A DNA stretch of 64,000 nucleotides from Pelagibacteraceae bacterium AG-422-N09. Its GTDB lineage: Bacteria > Pseudomonadota > Alphaproteobacteria > Pelagibacterales > AG-422-B15. The stretch lies in contig QCMV01000002.1 in assembly GCA_003213515.1 (NCBI GenBank), positions 57,740 through 121,739 on the forward strand. The letters are read 5' to 3'. The stretch's first letter is position 1, and every line of letters begins with the position of its first letter. The notes beneath the pieces were generated by a model that was given only the letters and a program-made list of their open reading frames with translations, was not told where the DNA came from and searched no databases. Made by a program: the position numbers and the translations under genes. Positions 56,223 through 64,000 of this stretch are shown in pieces.

Positions 56223-57545
56223 ATGAAAAAAATACTTTTATACATCGTAATATCTCTTCATTTTTCATCTATTTCATTTGCTATTATTGAAATTGATATT
56301 ACTGAAGGTAATAGAGAGCCTCTACCAATTGCTATTACTGAATTTTTTCATGACACAGACAGTATTCTGGATGACCAAAATATACCATCAAGTATCCGCA
56401 AAGTTATAGCTGATGACTTAGAGAGAAGTGGATTATTTTTATCTGTAGCTGAAAATGCATTTATTCAAAAAAATAGAGCAATGCATTTAAATCCACGTTT
56501 TGCAGATTGGAGATTGATAAAGGCTCAGGGCCTATTAACAGGCGAGCTATCAATTGAAAATGAGAGACTTCGAGTGGAGTTTAGACTTTGGGACACACTA
56601 GCAGAAAAGGAAATAGATGGACTTGTCCTAATTACGACAATAGAAAATTGGAGAAGAATTAGCCACATGATTGCAGATAAGGTATATGAGCGCCTTACAG
56701 GCGAGCAGGGTTATTTTGATACTAGAATAGTTTATGTTGCTGAGGAAGGACCTAAAAATAAACGTATTAAGAAACTTGCGATAATGGATCAGGACGGAGC
56801 AAATCATAAATTTTTAACTACAGGCAAAGAGCTTGTTTTGACTCCAAGATTTAACCCAGTAAGACAAGAGATTACTTATTTATCTTATTTTAAAAATCTT
56901 CCGCGAGTCTATTTGTTAAACATTCAAACAGGTATCCAAGAGGTGGTTGGAGACTTCCCAGGCATGACATTTGCACCGCGTTTTTCCCCAGATGGAAATA
57001 AAATTATTATGAGTTTAGCCAGAGAAGGTAACTCTGACATATATGTAATGGATCTAGTATCCAGAGTAGTTGAAAGGTTAACAGACAGTCCTGCAATTGA
57101 TACATCGCCAAGTTATTCTCCAGACGGAAAGAGAATTACATTTAACTCTGATAGAGGCGGATCCCAACAAATTTATGTAATGGATAGTAATGGCAGAAAC
57201 CAAAAAAGAATCTCAAAAGGAACTGGTAATTATGCAACACCTGTTTGGTCACCAAGAGGTGATCTTATAGCTTTTACAAAAAATTTTCAGGGACAATATT
57301 TTATTGGAGTTATGAGAACAGATGGAACTGGGGAGAGACTTTTAACTGAAAATTGGTATCAAGAGGCTCCATCTTGGTCTTCTAATGGTAGAGTTTTGAT
57401 ATTTTATAGAGAAACTAAGTCAGACGATGCAGGTCAGGGCCATTCCTCTGCAATCTGGTCAATTGATTTAACAGGATTTAATGAGAGAAAGCTTGAAACT
57501 CCAGTTGATGCATCAGACCCATCATGGTCGAAATTGATACAATAA
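56223..57545 (+). CDS. tolB: Tol-Pal system beta-propeller protein TolB
   Basis: It has a signal peptide. Repeated propeller blades are [22 protein letters not shown] and [12 protein letters not shown]. Confidence 0.95.
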   Translation: MKKILLYIVISLHFSSISFAIIEIDITEGNREPLPIAITEFFHDTDSILDDQNIPSSIRKVIADDLERSGLFLSVAENAFIQKNRAMHLNPRFADWRLIKAQGLLTGELSIENERLRVEFRLWDTLAEKEIDGLVLITTIENWRRISHMIADKVYERLTGEQGYFDTRIVYVAEEGPKNKRIKKLAIMDQDGANHKFLTTGKELVLTPRFNPVRQEITYLSYFKNLPRVYLLNIQTGIQEVVGDFPGMTFAPRFSPDGNKIIMSLAREGNSDIYVMDLVSRVVERLTDSPAIDTSPSYSPDGKRITFNSDRGGSQQIYVMDSNGRNQKRISKGTGNYATPVWSPRGDLIAFTKNFQGQYFIGVMRTDGTGERLLTENWYQEAPSWSSNGRVLIFYRETKSDDAGQGHSSAIWSIDLTGFNERKLETPVDASDPSWSKLIQ

Positions 57546-57666
57546 GCAATTTTTGGACTAAAATAAGACCATTTTTAGCAATTCGCAGCTATTTTATTAT
57601 AGACTTGCGTAACTTAAATTAATAAAGTACTAGGACTTGGGCGATCAAATATTACGGGAGTTTATA

Positions 57667-58182
57667 ATGTTATTAACATTTAAAAATTTAAACAGGTTTT
57701 TAGTTCTATTTTTTGCAGCACTCATTTTAGCTGCATGTACCACAACACCACAAGATACTGCATCTACATCATCATCAAGTTCGTCTTCTAAAGTTGAAGT
57801 CGTAGACGGAGTTTATGTTGGTACTGATACAGTGGAAATGCTTGCTGTTGATGTGCCGGATAGAGTTTTCTTTGCATACGATAGTTATTCACTAACAAAC
57901 GCAGCCCAAGCAACTTTAGCTAAACAAGCAAAGTGGTTAAAGGCAAATGGATCAGTTACTATTGCAATTGAAGGCCATGCTGATGAAAGGGGTACAAGAG
58001 AATATAACTTAGCCCTTGGTGATAGAAGAGCAAATGCAGCAAAAGATTATTTAATGACACAAGGTATAAGCGCTAGTCGAATTACAACAATTAGTTTTGG
58101 TAAAGAAAGACCAGTTAACAGTGCATCTAATAATAAAGCATGGGCTCAAAATAGACGTTCTGTAACAGTAAGAACTAACTAA
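57667..58182 (+). CDS. pal: Peptidoglycan-associated lipoprotein Pal (OmpA-like domain)
   Basis: The lipobox is FAALILAAC, followed by a Ser-rich linker. The OmpA block is FAYDSYSL...IEGHADERGTREYNLALGDRRA. The start is trimmed to ATG 57667. Confidence 0.9.
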   Translation: MLLTFKNLNRFLVLFFAALILAACTTTPQDTASTSSSSSSSKVEVVDGVYVGTDTVEMLAVDVPDRVFFAYDSYSLTNAAQATLAKQAKWLKANGSVTIAIEGHADERGTREYNLALGDRRANAAKDYLMTQGISASRITTISFGKERPVNSASNNKAWAQNRRSVTVRTN

Positions 58183-58216
58183 TTTATAAGACGCCTTTTT
58201 TTAGACAAAAGATAAG

Positions 58217-58243
58217 CTTAATCTTTTAAATAAGATTAAGTTT
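58217..58243 (+). terminator. Candidate hairpin terminator downstream of pal
   Basis: A perfect 9-bp inverted repeat, cttaatctt (58217-25) and aagattaag (58232-40), has a 6-nt loop and is followed by ttt. Confidence 0.35.
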
Positions 58244-58253
58244 AGATAATGCA

Positions 58254-59288
58254 ATGTTCAAAAGAATTCAATTTATTTTCTTTTTTATTCTAATCTCTTT
58301 CACACAGATTATTCATGTTCAATCAGAAGAACTAGATGTAGATCAGTTGTTGCAAAAATTGAACTCAATTGAAAGCAGAATAAAGGTTCTTGAAAAGGCA
58401 ACATTTAGCAAAACAACTTCTGGCACTGGTAATAATGTTAGTCTTGATGATTATCAATCAATCATTACAAAACAATCTATCCAGATAGCTGAATTACAGA
58501 ATGAAGTTCAATCGCTGACAGCAAAAATTGAAGAAATGATATTTACAATGCAATCTACAGTAAATAATTTTAATACATTTAGAGAAGATACTGAATTTAG
58601 GTTTATCGATATAAATTCTAAAACTGAAAGTATAGAGAAAAATCAATTATCTATGACGTCACCCAACAATGAAACACAAATTAATAACCTTGTAGATAAC
58701 ACGAGTGAGGGACTAAATTTGGAACCTCAGTCACTTGGAACAATAAATGTGTCTTCAGAAGAAGAGCTGTCTACTTCTCCATTTGAAATCAAAAATGTTG
58801 ATGAAGAGGAAGAGCAAGAAATAATAAATACCATTTCTCAGGATAATATTATCGCTTTTGAAGAACAAGAAATTATACTAGCGGTACTACCTGAAGGAGA
58901 TGAAAAAGGACAATATGAATACGCAATGGGTCTTCTCAAGCAAGGTGACTATGAACTTGCTGAAAAAGCATTTCAAGAGTTTATGACTGTTGGAAATGAT
59001 TCCAGCCTTTTAAGCAACGCAAATTTTTGGCTAGCAGAAACTTATTATGTTAGAGAAAATTATAAAGATGCAGCTAAAAATTATTTAAGCCTATACCAAG
59101 TTTATCCAGACTCAAAGAAAGCCGCAGATGCACTTTTAAAGCTCGGAATATCTTTGGTTAATATGGACCAAAAGGAACAAGGGTGCGTAACTTTTATACA
59201 ATTGAAAGATACCTATCCAAACGCAAATACTGCTGTATTAGACAGGGGTAAATTAGAAATCGAAAAAAATGGCTGTGAAATTAGTTAA
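58254..59288 (+). CDS. cpoB: Tol-Pal system protein YbgF/CpoB
   Basis: It has a signal peptide, an N-terminal coiled coil, and C-terminal TPR repeats (YEYAMGLLKQGDYELAEKAFQEF, NANFWLAETYY). Confidence 0.8.
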   Translation: MFKRIQFIFFFILISFTQIIHVQSEELDVDQLLQKLNSIESRIKVLEKATFSKTTSGTGNNVSLDDYQSIITKQSIQIAELQNEVQSLTAKIEEMIFTMQSTVNNFNTFREDTEFRFIDINSKTESIEKNQLSMTSPNNETQINNLVDNTSEGLNLEPQSLGTINVSSEEELSTSPFEIKNVDEEEEQEIINTISQDNIIAFEEQEIILAVLPEGDEKGQYEYAMGLLKQGDYELAEKAFQEFMTVGNDSSLLSNANFWLAETYYVRENYKDAAKNYLSLYQVYPDSKKAADALLKLGISLVNMDQKEQGCVTFIQLKDTYPNANTAVLDRGKLEIEKNGCEIS

Positions 59289-60354
59289 GCCAATTAATCA
59301 TAAAAAAGTCGTAAAAATAACTAATCAAGATTTCGAAGTAAAGATGAGAGAACTTCGAGTTAATTCAGATATTGCAGTAGCAGTTTCTGGCGGTCCAGAT
59401 AGTTTAGCACTCATGCATTTGTCTAATAGATATGCATTAAATAATAATATTAATTTAACTGTATTAAGTATTGATCATGGAATTAGAACAGAGTCATCAA
59501 AAGAAATTGTATGGTTAGAAAAGATTGCAAAAAAGAATAAAATTAACTTCTACTCAACTAAACTAAAAAAAAGGATCAATAGCTCTAATACCCTCTCCAA
59601 GGCAAGGACACTTCGATATGAGGCCTTATCAAAATATTGTAACAAAAAAAAAATTAAATTCTTATTAACAGCCCATCATCTTGATGACGAAATAGAAAAT
59701 TTTTTAATGAGATTAATAAGGGGCAGTGGGATAAAAGGACTTTCATCATTGAAAGTTAAATCTAGATATAAGAATACAAAATTAATTTTAGTTAGGCCGC
59801 TGCTTGAGTACTCAAAAAAATCTCTTATTGCGTATTTATCAGAGCAAAAGCAAACTTATATAAACGATAGAACAAATTATAATAATAAGTACGATAGGTC
59901 TCGTATTCGAAAGCTATCTCAACAATTAATAAATGAAGGTCTTAGTAAAGTTAGGTTTAAAAACGTTTTAAAGAATTTAAAAAATGCAGATAACGCAATT
60001 AATACTGCAGTTAGCAATTACTTGGAGGAGCAAGTTAAACTTAATGAAAAGAACATTATTAGTTTTAGGTCCAAGGAATTTATGAGCTTACCCGAAGAAA
60101 TTCAACATAGAGTACTTGTAAAACTGTGTAGATTTGCTGGAAAAAGCAATAAAGTGCCTAGATCACGATCAATACAAGAATTGATAAATTCAATTGTGAA
60201 AGAAAAAAGTTTTAAGCGTACCTTAAATAGTTGCACATTTGTTGGGAAGAAGGGAGTTGTAAATATTCAGTCAGAGAGTAACATAGCTAAACCTAATAAT
60301 ACTGAAAATTTGGCAATTTTTAAAAATTGGACAAAATCTATCGAGCATTACTAG
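59269..60354 (+). CDS. tilS: tRNA(Ile)-lysidine synthetase
   Basis: The PP-loop is IAVAVSGGPDSLAL. An alternative start is ATG 59344 (MRELRV). Confidence 0.85.
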   Translation: MAVKLVKPINHKKVVKITNQDFEVKMRELRVNSDIAVAVSGGPDSLALMHLSNRYALNNNINLTVLSIDHGIRTESSKEIVWLEKIAKKNKINFYSTKLKKRINSSNTLSKARTLRYEALSKYCNKKKIKFLLTAHHLDDEIENFLMRLIRGSGIKGLSSLKVKSRYKNTKLILVRPLLEYSKKSLIAYLSEQKQTYINDRTNYNNKYDRSRIRKLSQQLINEGLSKVRFKNVLKNLKNADNAINTAVSNYLEEQVKLNEKNIISFRSKEFMSLPEEIQHRVLVKLCRFAGKSNKVPRSRSIQELINSIVKEKSFKRTLNSCTFVGKKGVVNIQSESNIAKPNNTENLAIFKNWTKSIEHY

Positions 60355-60446
60355 ACTAAGCTATTGAATATAATGTTAAATTTTATTGATATATTTTCTT
60401 GTATGCTGAAAAATAGTAATTATCTAATAATATCAATATCTTTATT

Positions 60447-62360
60447 ATGATGAATTTACGAAATATAATTTTATGGCTCTTTATTGCTTTAATCGTTTTT
60501 GGACTTTTTAATTTATTTAGCAATACCAGCGGTGATAGAAGCACAGTTGATTTAACATACTCACAATTTTTAGATGAAGTTGAAGCTGGGTCGATCAAAG
60601 ATGTTATTATTCGAGGTAATAATATCAACGGAGCTTTTGAAGATGGTAGATCTTTTAAAACCTATGCCGCTAATGACCCAACACTCGTTGATAGACTTAA
60701 TGATAGAGGTGTAAACATTTCAGCTGCACCACTAGACGACGGCTATCCTTCACTTCTTGGTGTTCTAATTTCCTGGTTTCCAATGCTTTTACTTATTGGT
60801 GTATGGATTTTTTTCATGCGTCAGATGCAGGGCGGAAGAGGCGGAGCAATGGGATTTGGAAGATCCAAGGCCAAATTGCTAACTGAAAATAAAAATAAAG
60901 TTACTTTTAATGATGTTGCTGGAATAGATGAAGCAAAAGAGGAGCTTGTTGAAATTGTTGAGTTTTTAAAAGATCCTAGAAAATTTCAAAAACTTGGCGG
61001 TAGAATTCCAAAAGGAGCCCTACTAATTGGCCCTCCAGGAACGGGAAAGACATTGCTTGCCAGAGCTGTAGCGGGAGAGGCCGGTGTACCCTTCTTTACA
61101 ATCTCGGGTTCTGATTTTGTTGAAATGTTTGTTGGCGTTGGAGCATCTAGAGTTAGGGATATGTTCGAGCAGGGAAGAAGAAATGCGCCATGTATAATTT
61201 TCATTGATGAGATCGATGCTGTCGGTAGAAGCCGTGGAGCAGGCCTTGGTGGTGGTAATGATGAGAGAGAACAGACACTGAATCAGATTTTAGTTGAGAT
61301 GGACGGATTTGATACTCAGGAAGGTATTATTTTGGTTGCCGCGACTAATAGACCAGATGTACTTGATCCAGCTCTATTAAGACCAGGTCGTTTTGACAGG
61401 CAGGTTGTTGTTCCTAATCCAGATATCTTAGGCAGAGAAGCAATTCTGAAAGTTCATATTAAAAAAATCTCTGTCGCGCCTGATGTAGATATTAGAACAA
61501 TAGCAAGGGGAACACCCGGTTTTTCTGGTGCAGATCTAGCTAACATTGTAAATGAAGCAGCATTGTTGGCAGCAAGAAAAAATAAGAAAATTGTTACTAT
61601 GGTAGATTTTGAGGAAGCAAAAGATAAAGTAATGATGGGTTCAGAAAGAAGATCACTTGTTATGAGTCAAGAAGAAAAAGAACTTACCGCTTACCACGAA
61701 GGAGGTCACGCTGTTGTTGCATTAAACCAATCCGCTTCAGATCCAATACATAAAGCTACAATAATACCAAGAGGCAGAGCTCTTGGAATGGTAATGAGAC
61801 TGCCCGAAAGAGACCAATTATCTTTACCTAGGGAAAAAATGTTAGCAGATATCACAGTTGCTATGGGTGGTAGAGTTGCTGAAGAAATAATCTTTGGTGA
61901 CAAAAAAGTTACTTCTGGTGCTTCATCAGACATCGAAATGGCAACTAAGATGGCTAGAAATATGGTGACTAAATTTGGAATGAGCGAAAAATTAGGACCA
62001 TTACAATATGGTGAAAATGAGGAAGAAGTATTTTTAGGAAGATCAGTACAAAGACATCAAAATGTGTCTGAAGAAACAGCTAAACTTATAGACTCAGAGA
62101 TCAGACAAATTGTTGATAGCTGTTATGATTTAGCAAAGAAAATTTTAAATGAAAAAATAGACGATTTGCATGCTCTTGCAAAAGGTTTAATTGAATATGA
62201 AACTTTAAATGGAGATGAAATAACTACATTATTAAAAGAGGGTAAGATTGACAGATCCAATCCTGAAGAGGAGATTAATAATGCTGGACCATCTGTACCT
62301 AAAAGTGGTAAATCAGCTCCCGTTGGTCCTAGTTTAAAGCCTAAACCTATAACAAGTTAA
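60447..62360 (+). CDS. ftsH: ATP-dependent zinc metalloprotease FtsH
   Basis: Motifs are Walker [14 protein letters not shown], the SRH region, and the HEGGHA zinc site. Confidence 0.97.
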   Translation: MMNLRNIILWLFIALIVFGLFNLFSNTSGDRSTVDLTYSQFLDEVEAGSIKDVIIRGNNINGAFEDGRSFKTYAANDPTLVDRLNDRGVNISAAPLDDGYPSLLGVLISWFPMLLLIGVWIFFMRQMQGGRGGAMGFGRSKAKLLTENKNKVTFNDVAGIDEAKEELVEIVEFLKDPRKFQKLGGRIPKGALLIGPPGTGKTLLARAVAGEAGVPFFTISGSDFVEMFVGVGASRVRDMFEQGRRNAPCIIFIDEIDAVGRSRGAGLGGGNDEREQTLNQILVEMDGFDTQEGIILVAATNRPDVLDPALLRPGRFDRQVVVPNPDILGREAILKVHIKKISVAPDVDIRTIARGTPGFSGADLANIVNEAALLAARKNKKIVTMVDFEEAKDKVMMGSERRSLVMSQEEKELTAYHEGGHAVVALNQSASDPIHKATIIPRGRALGMVMRLPERDQLSLPREKMLADITVAMGGRVAEEIIFGDKKVTSGASSDIEMATKMARNMVTKFGMSEKLGPLQYGENEEEVFLGRSVQRHQNVSEETAKLIDSEIRQIVDSCYDLAKKILNEKIDDLHALAKGLIEYETLNGDEITTLLKEGKIDRSNPEEEINNAGPSVPKSGKSAPVGPSLKPKPITS

Positions 62361-62376
62361 CTAATTACAGTGTCCC

Positions 62377-63423
62377 GTGCGTAATTCGAATAGATATTAC
62401 GTACGACCAATATTTAGTAAAATAAAAACAAAAGACTCACTTTTTCTTGGGTCCTCCAGATTATTCTTTAATGAAATTGAATTGATAACAAGAGGCAAAA
62501 CCAAGACTCGATCAAAGTTTCTGAAAATTAATAATATAAAATATTTGGAACCTGATATTCAGAGAAATATAAATAAAAAAATTTCAAATATTACAAAGAA
62601 TAGAAAAAAATTAGGAAAGTTTAACTTTGAGCGATCACTTGTGATGGGTATTCTTAATGTAACACCTGATAGCTTTTTTGATGGTGGAAAATATTTATTA
62701 AGCGATAATGCAATTGAGCAGTTTAAAAAATTAATTAAAGAAGGCGCAGATATTATTGATATTGGCGGAGAGTCAACGAGGCCTGGATCAAAAGGAATTA
62801 CAGTTAATGAGGAAATTAGCCGAATTATTCCAATAATTTCGCAAACCAGAAAAAAATATAAGAGAGAATTTATCTCGGTAGATACAAGAAAATCTCAAGT
62901 TATGAAAGAAGCATATAAATTTGATATAAATCTAATAAATGATGTTTCAGGACTTAGATTTGATAAAAATTCAAAAAAATTTTTAAAGTCGAATAAAATT
63001 CCTTTTGTTTTAATGCATTCAATTTCAACTCCTGAAAAGATGCAAAAAACTATAAAGTACAAAGATGTACTTCTTGATATTTATGATTTCTTTGAAAAGC
63101 AAATCAGTCTATGTGAGAAAAATGGCATTTCTAAAAGCCGAATTATAATAGACCCTGGAATTGGTTTTGGTAAAACTTTGCAACAAAATTTGAAACTAAT
63201 TTCAAACATCGCATTGTTTCATTCCTTGGGCCTTCCCGTGCTATTGGGAAGCTCTCGAAAAAGTTTTATTGGCAAGATTGAAAAAAATGAACTATACGAA
63301 GATCGATTAGGTGGTTCAATAGCAACAGTTTTGCATGGGTTAGCTGAAGGAGTTCAAATATTTAGGGTGCACGATGTTTATGCAACAAAACAATCAATTA
63401 AGGTTTATTCTAAAATAAAATGA
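62377..63423 (+). CDS. folP: Dihydropteroate synthase with an unexplained ~75-89-aa N-terminal extension
   Basis: The DHPS core starts at [17 protein letters not shown] (about aa 88), with [10 protein letters not shown] further on. The ORF is open upstream to GTG 62377, with no internal ATG before aa 90. An alternative start is TTG about 62479. Confidence 0.85.
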   Translation: MRNSNRYYVRPIFSKIKTKDSLFLGSSRLFFNEIELITRGKTKTRSKFLKINNIKYLEPDIQRNINKKISNITKNRKKLGKFNFERSLVMGILNVTPDSFFDGGKYLLSDNAIEQFKKLIKEGADIIDIGGESTRPGSKGITVNEEISRIIPIISQTRKKYKREFISVDTRKSQVMKEAYKFDINLINDVSGLRFDKNSKKFLKSNKIPFVLMHSISTPEKMQKTIKYKDVLLDIYDFFEKQISLCEKNGISKSRIIIDPGIGFGKTLQQNLKLISNIALFHSLGLPVLLGSSRKSFIGKIEKNELYEDRLGGSIATVLHGLAEGVQIFRVHDVYATKQSIKVYSKIK

Positions 63424-64000
63424 AAAAGTTTTTTGGAACAGATGGAGTAAGAGCAAGTTCAAATAGTCAAAAACTTAATGGTCTCACACTTATGAAGCTC
63501 GGAATGGCACTAGGTAAACATTTTACTGTTGGAGAACATCGTCATAAGGTCGTTATTGGTAAAGATACAAGACTATCAGGATATATGATTGAACAGGCAT
63601 TAACCTCTGGATTATTATCTATGGGAATGGATGTCTTTCTTTTTGGGCCCATACCTACACCCGCAGTTGCAATGTTGACAAAATCTATGCGAGCAGACTT
63701 AGGGATAATGATTACTGCTTCACACAATCAGTATCAAGATAATGGTATTAAAATATTTGATAAAAATGGAAATAAATTATCAGACGAAACTGAAATTGAA
63801 ATAGAGTCTCTTATGGAGTCTGAATTGGAAAATTCATTAGCAGGTCCAGAAAAAATAGGCAGAGCAAAAAGACTCGAAGATGCAAATGGTAGATATATAG
63901 AATTCCTAAAAGGTACTTTTCCTAAATCACAACGGCTTGATGGTCTTAAAATTGTAATAGATTGTGCAAATGGGGCTTCTTATATTTCTGCACCTTTAAT
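63420..64000 (+). CDS. glmM: Phosphoglucosamine mutase (5' part; continues beyond the window)
   Basis: Motifs [12 protein letters not shown] and the active-site loop [14 protein letters not shown]. There is an ATGA overlap with folP. Confidence 0.9.
   Translation, partial: MKKFFGTDGVRASSNSQKLNGLTLMKLGMALGKHFTVGEHRHKVVIGKDTRLSGYMIEQALTSGLLSMGMDVFLFGPIPTPAVAMLTKSMRADLGIMITASHNQYQDNGIKIFDKNGNKLSDETEIEIESLMESELENSLAGPEKIGRAKRLEDANGRYIEFLKGTFPKSQRLDGLKIVIDCANGASYISAPL

Noticed and set aside
663-63727. About 30 short (60-101 aa) ORFs in the supplied track lie antisense to or out of frame within larger genes. Examples are 663..857, 3048..3248, 3656..3853, 7023..7313, 8827..9021, 10452..10658, 12240..12545, 14475..14669, 21089..21271, 22432..22674, 27311..27505, 30093..30317, 32280..32498, 32628..32837, 35732..36022, 37416..37700, 40831..41046, 40910..41125, 41305..41499, 43688..43888, 45466..45723, 45801..45995, 48316..48579, 52746..52958, 56045..56245, 60383..60628, 60986..61204, 61706..61933 and 63542..63727.
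   Set aside because: Each is fully embedded in a longer ORF with clear family motifs. Their sequences are low-complexity or hydrophobic mirror translations with no recognisable motif. They are treated as shadow ORFs.
1-64000. I scanned for CRISPR arrays, tandem or interspersed repeats, transposases, integrases, toxin-antitoxin pairs and known defence-system signatures.
   Set aside because: None was seen. The only repeated sequences noticed are the two paralogous transferase genes (1194..2972 and 5524..~7340) and short AT-rich hairpins. A computational repeat search would be needed to exclude diverged repeats.

Overview
This is a very AT-rich, tightly packed bacterial chromosome segment. Many genes overlap at ATGA or TAATG start/stop junctions, and several convergent gene pairs share or abut their stop codons. 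No rRNA genes, CRISPR arrays, transposases, integrases or recognisable defence genes were seen.

The conserved part, about 29-64 kb, has alphaproteobacterial hallmarks:
- a DUF1013/TrcR-like gene next to purE-purK-rpsU
- split pntAA-pntAB-pntB preceded by a tiny membrane ORF
- tkt-gap-pgk-fba(class I)-efp-suhB
- zapA-MTHFS-ymdB-yebC
- tolQ-tolR-tolA-tolB-pal-cpoB-tilS-ftsH-folP-glmM

The composition and streamlining resemble SAR11/Pelagibacterales-type genomes. That assignment is an inference and was not verified.

Positions 1 to about 28.9 kb form a surface-glycan (O-antigen/capsule-type) biosynthesis island, almost all on the + strand, and it is the accessory-looking part of the window. It contains:
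- two FkbM methyltransferases
- two paralogous LIC12162-like putative transferases flanking a WbuX-type PP-loop amidotransferase and an amidase-signature enzyme; the second paralogue is fused to a sulfotransferase
- a six-gene block: HpcH-type aldolase, KdsB-like cytidylyltransferase, methyltransferase, Gfo/Idh/MocA oxidoreductase, IMPase-type phosphatase, 2-hydroxyacid dehydrogenase
- UDP-xylose synthase
- GT2 and GT4 glycosyltransferases
- a Wzy-like membrane protein
- FnlB/FnlC-like L-FucNAc genes
- a CapM/CapN/CapD-like initiation module
- galE
- a Wzz-like protein

The most interesting candidates are:
- the aldolase/cytidylyltransferase block, as a possible non-canonical CMP-ulosonic-acid pathway
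- the amidotransferase-amidase pairing
- the transferase-sulfotransferase fusion
- an archaeal Hjc-like resolvase sitting where ruvCAB normally lies between yebC and tolQ

Smaller observations are an rpsU gene with no canonical start codon, unannotated small ORFs coupled to rpmJ and pntA, a possible heat-shock promoter and thermometer upstream of hsp20, and an unexplained N-terminal extension on folP.

All functional calls rest on motif and family recognition by eye. No database search was run.
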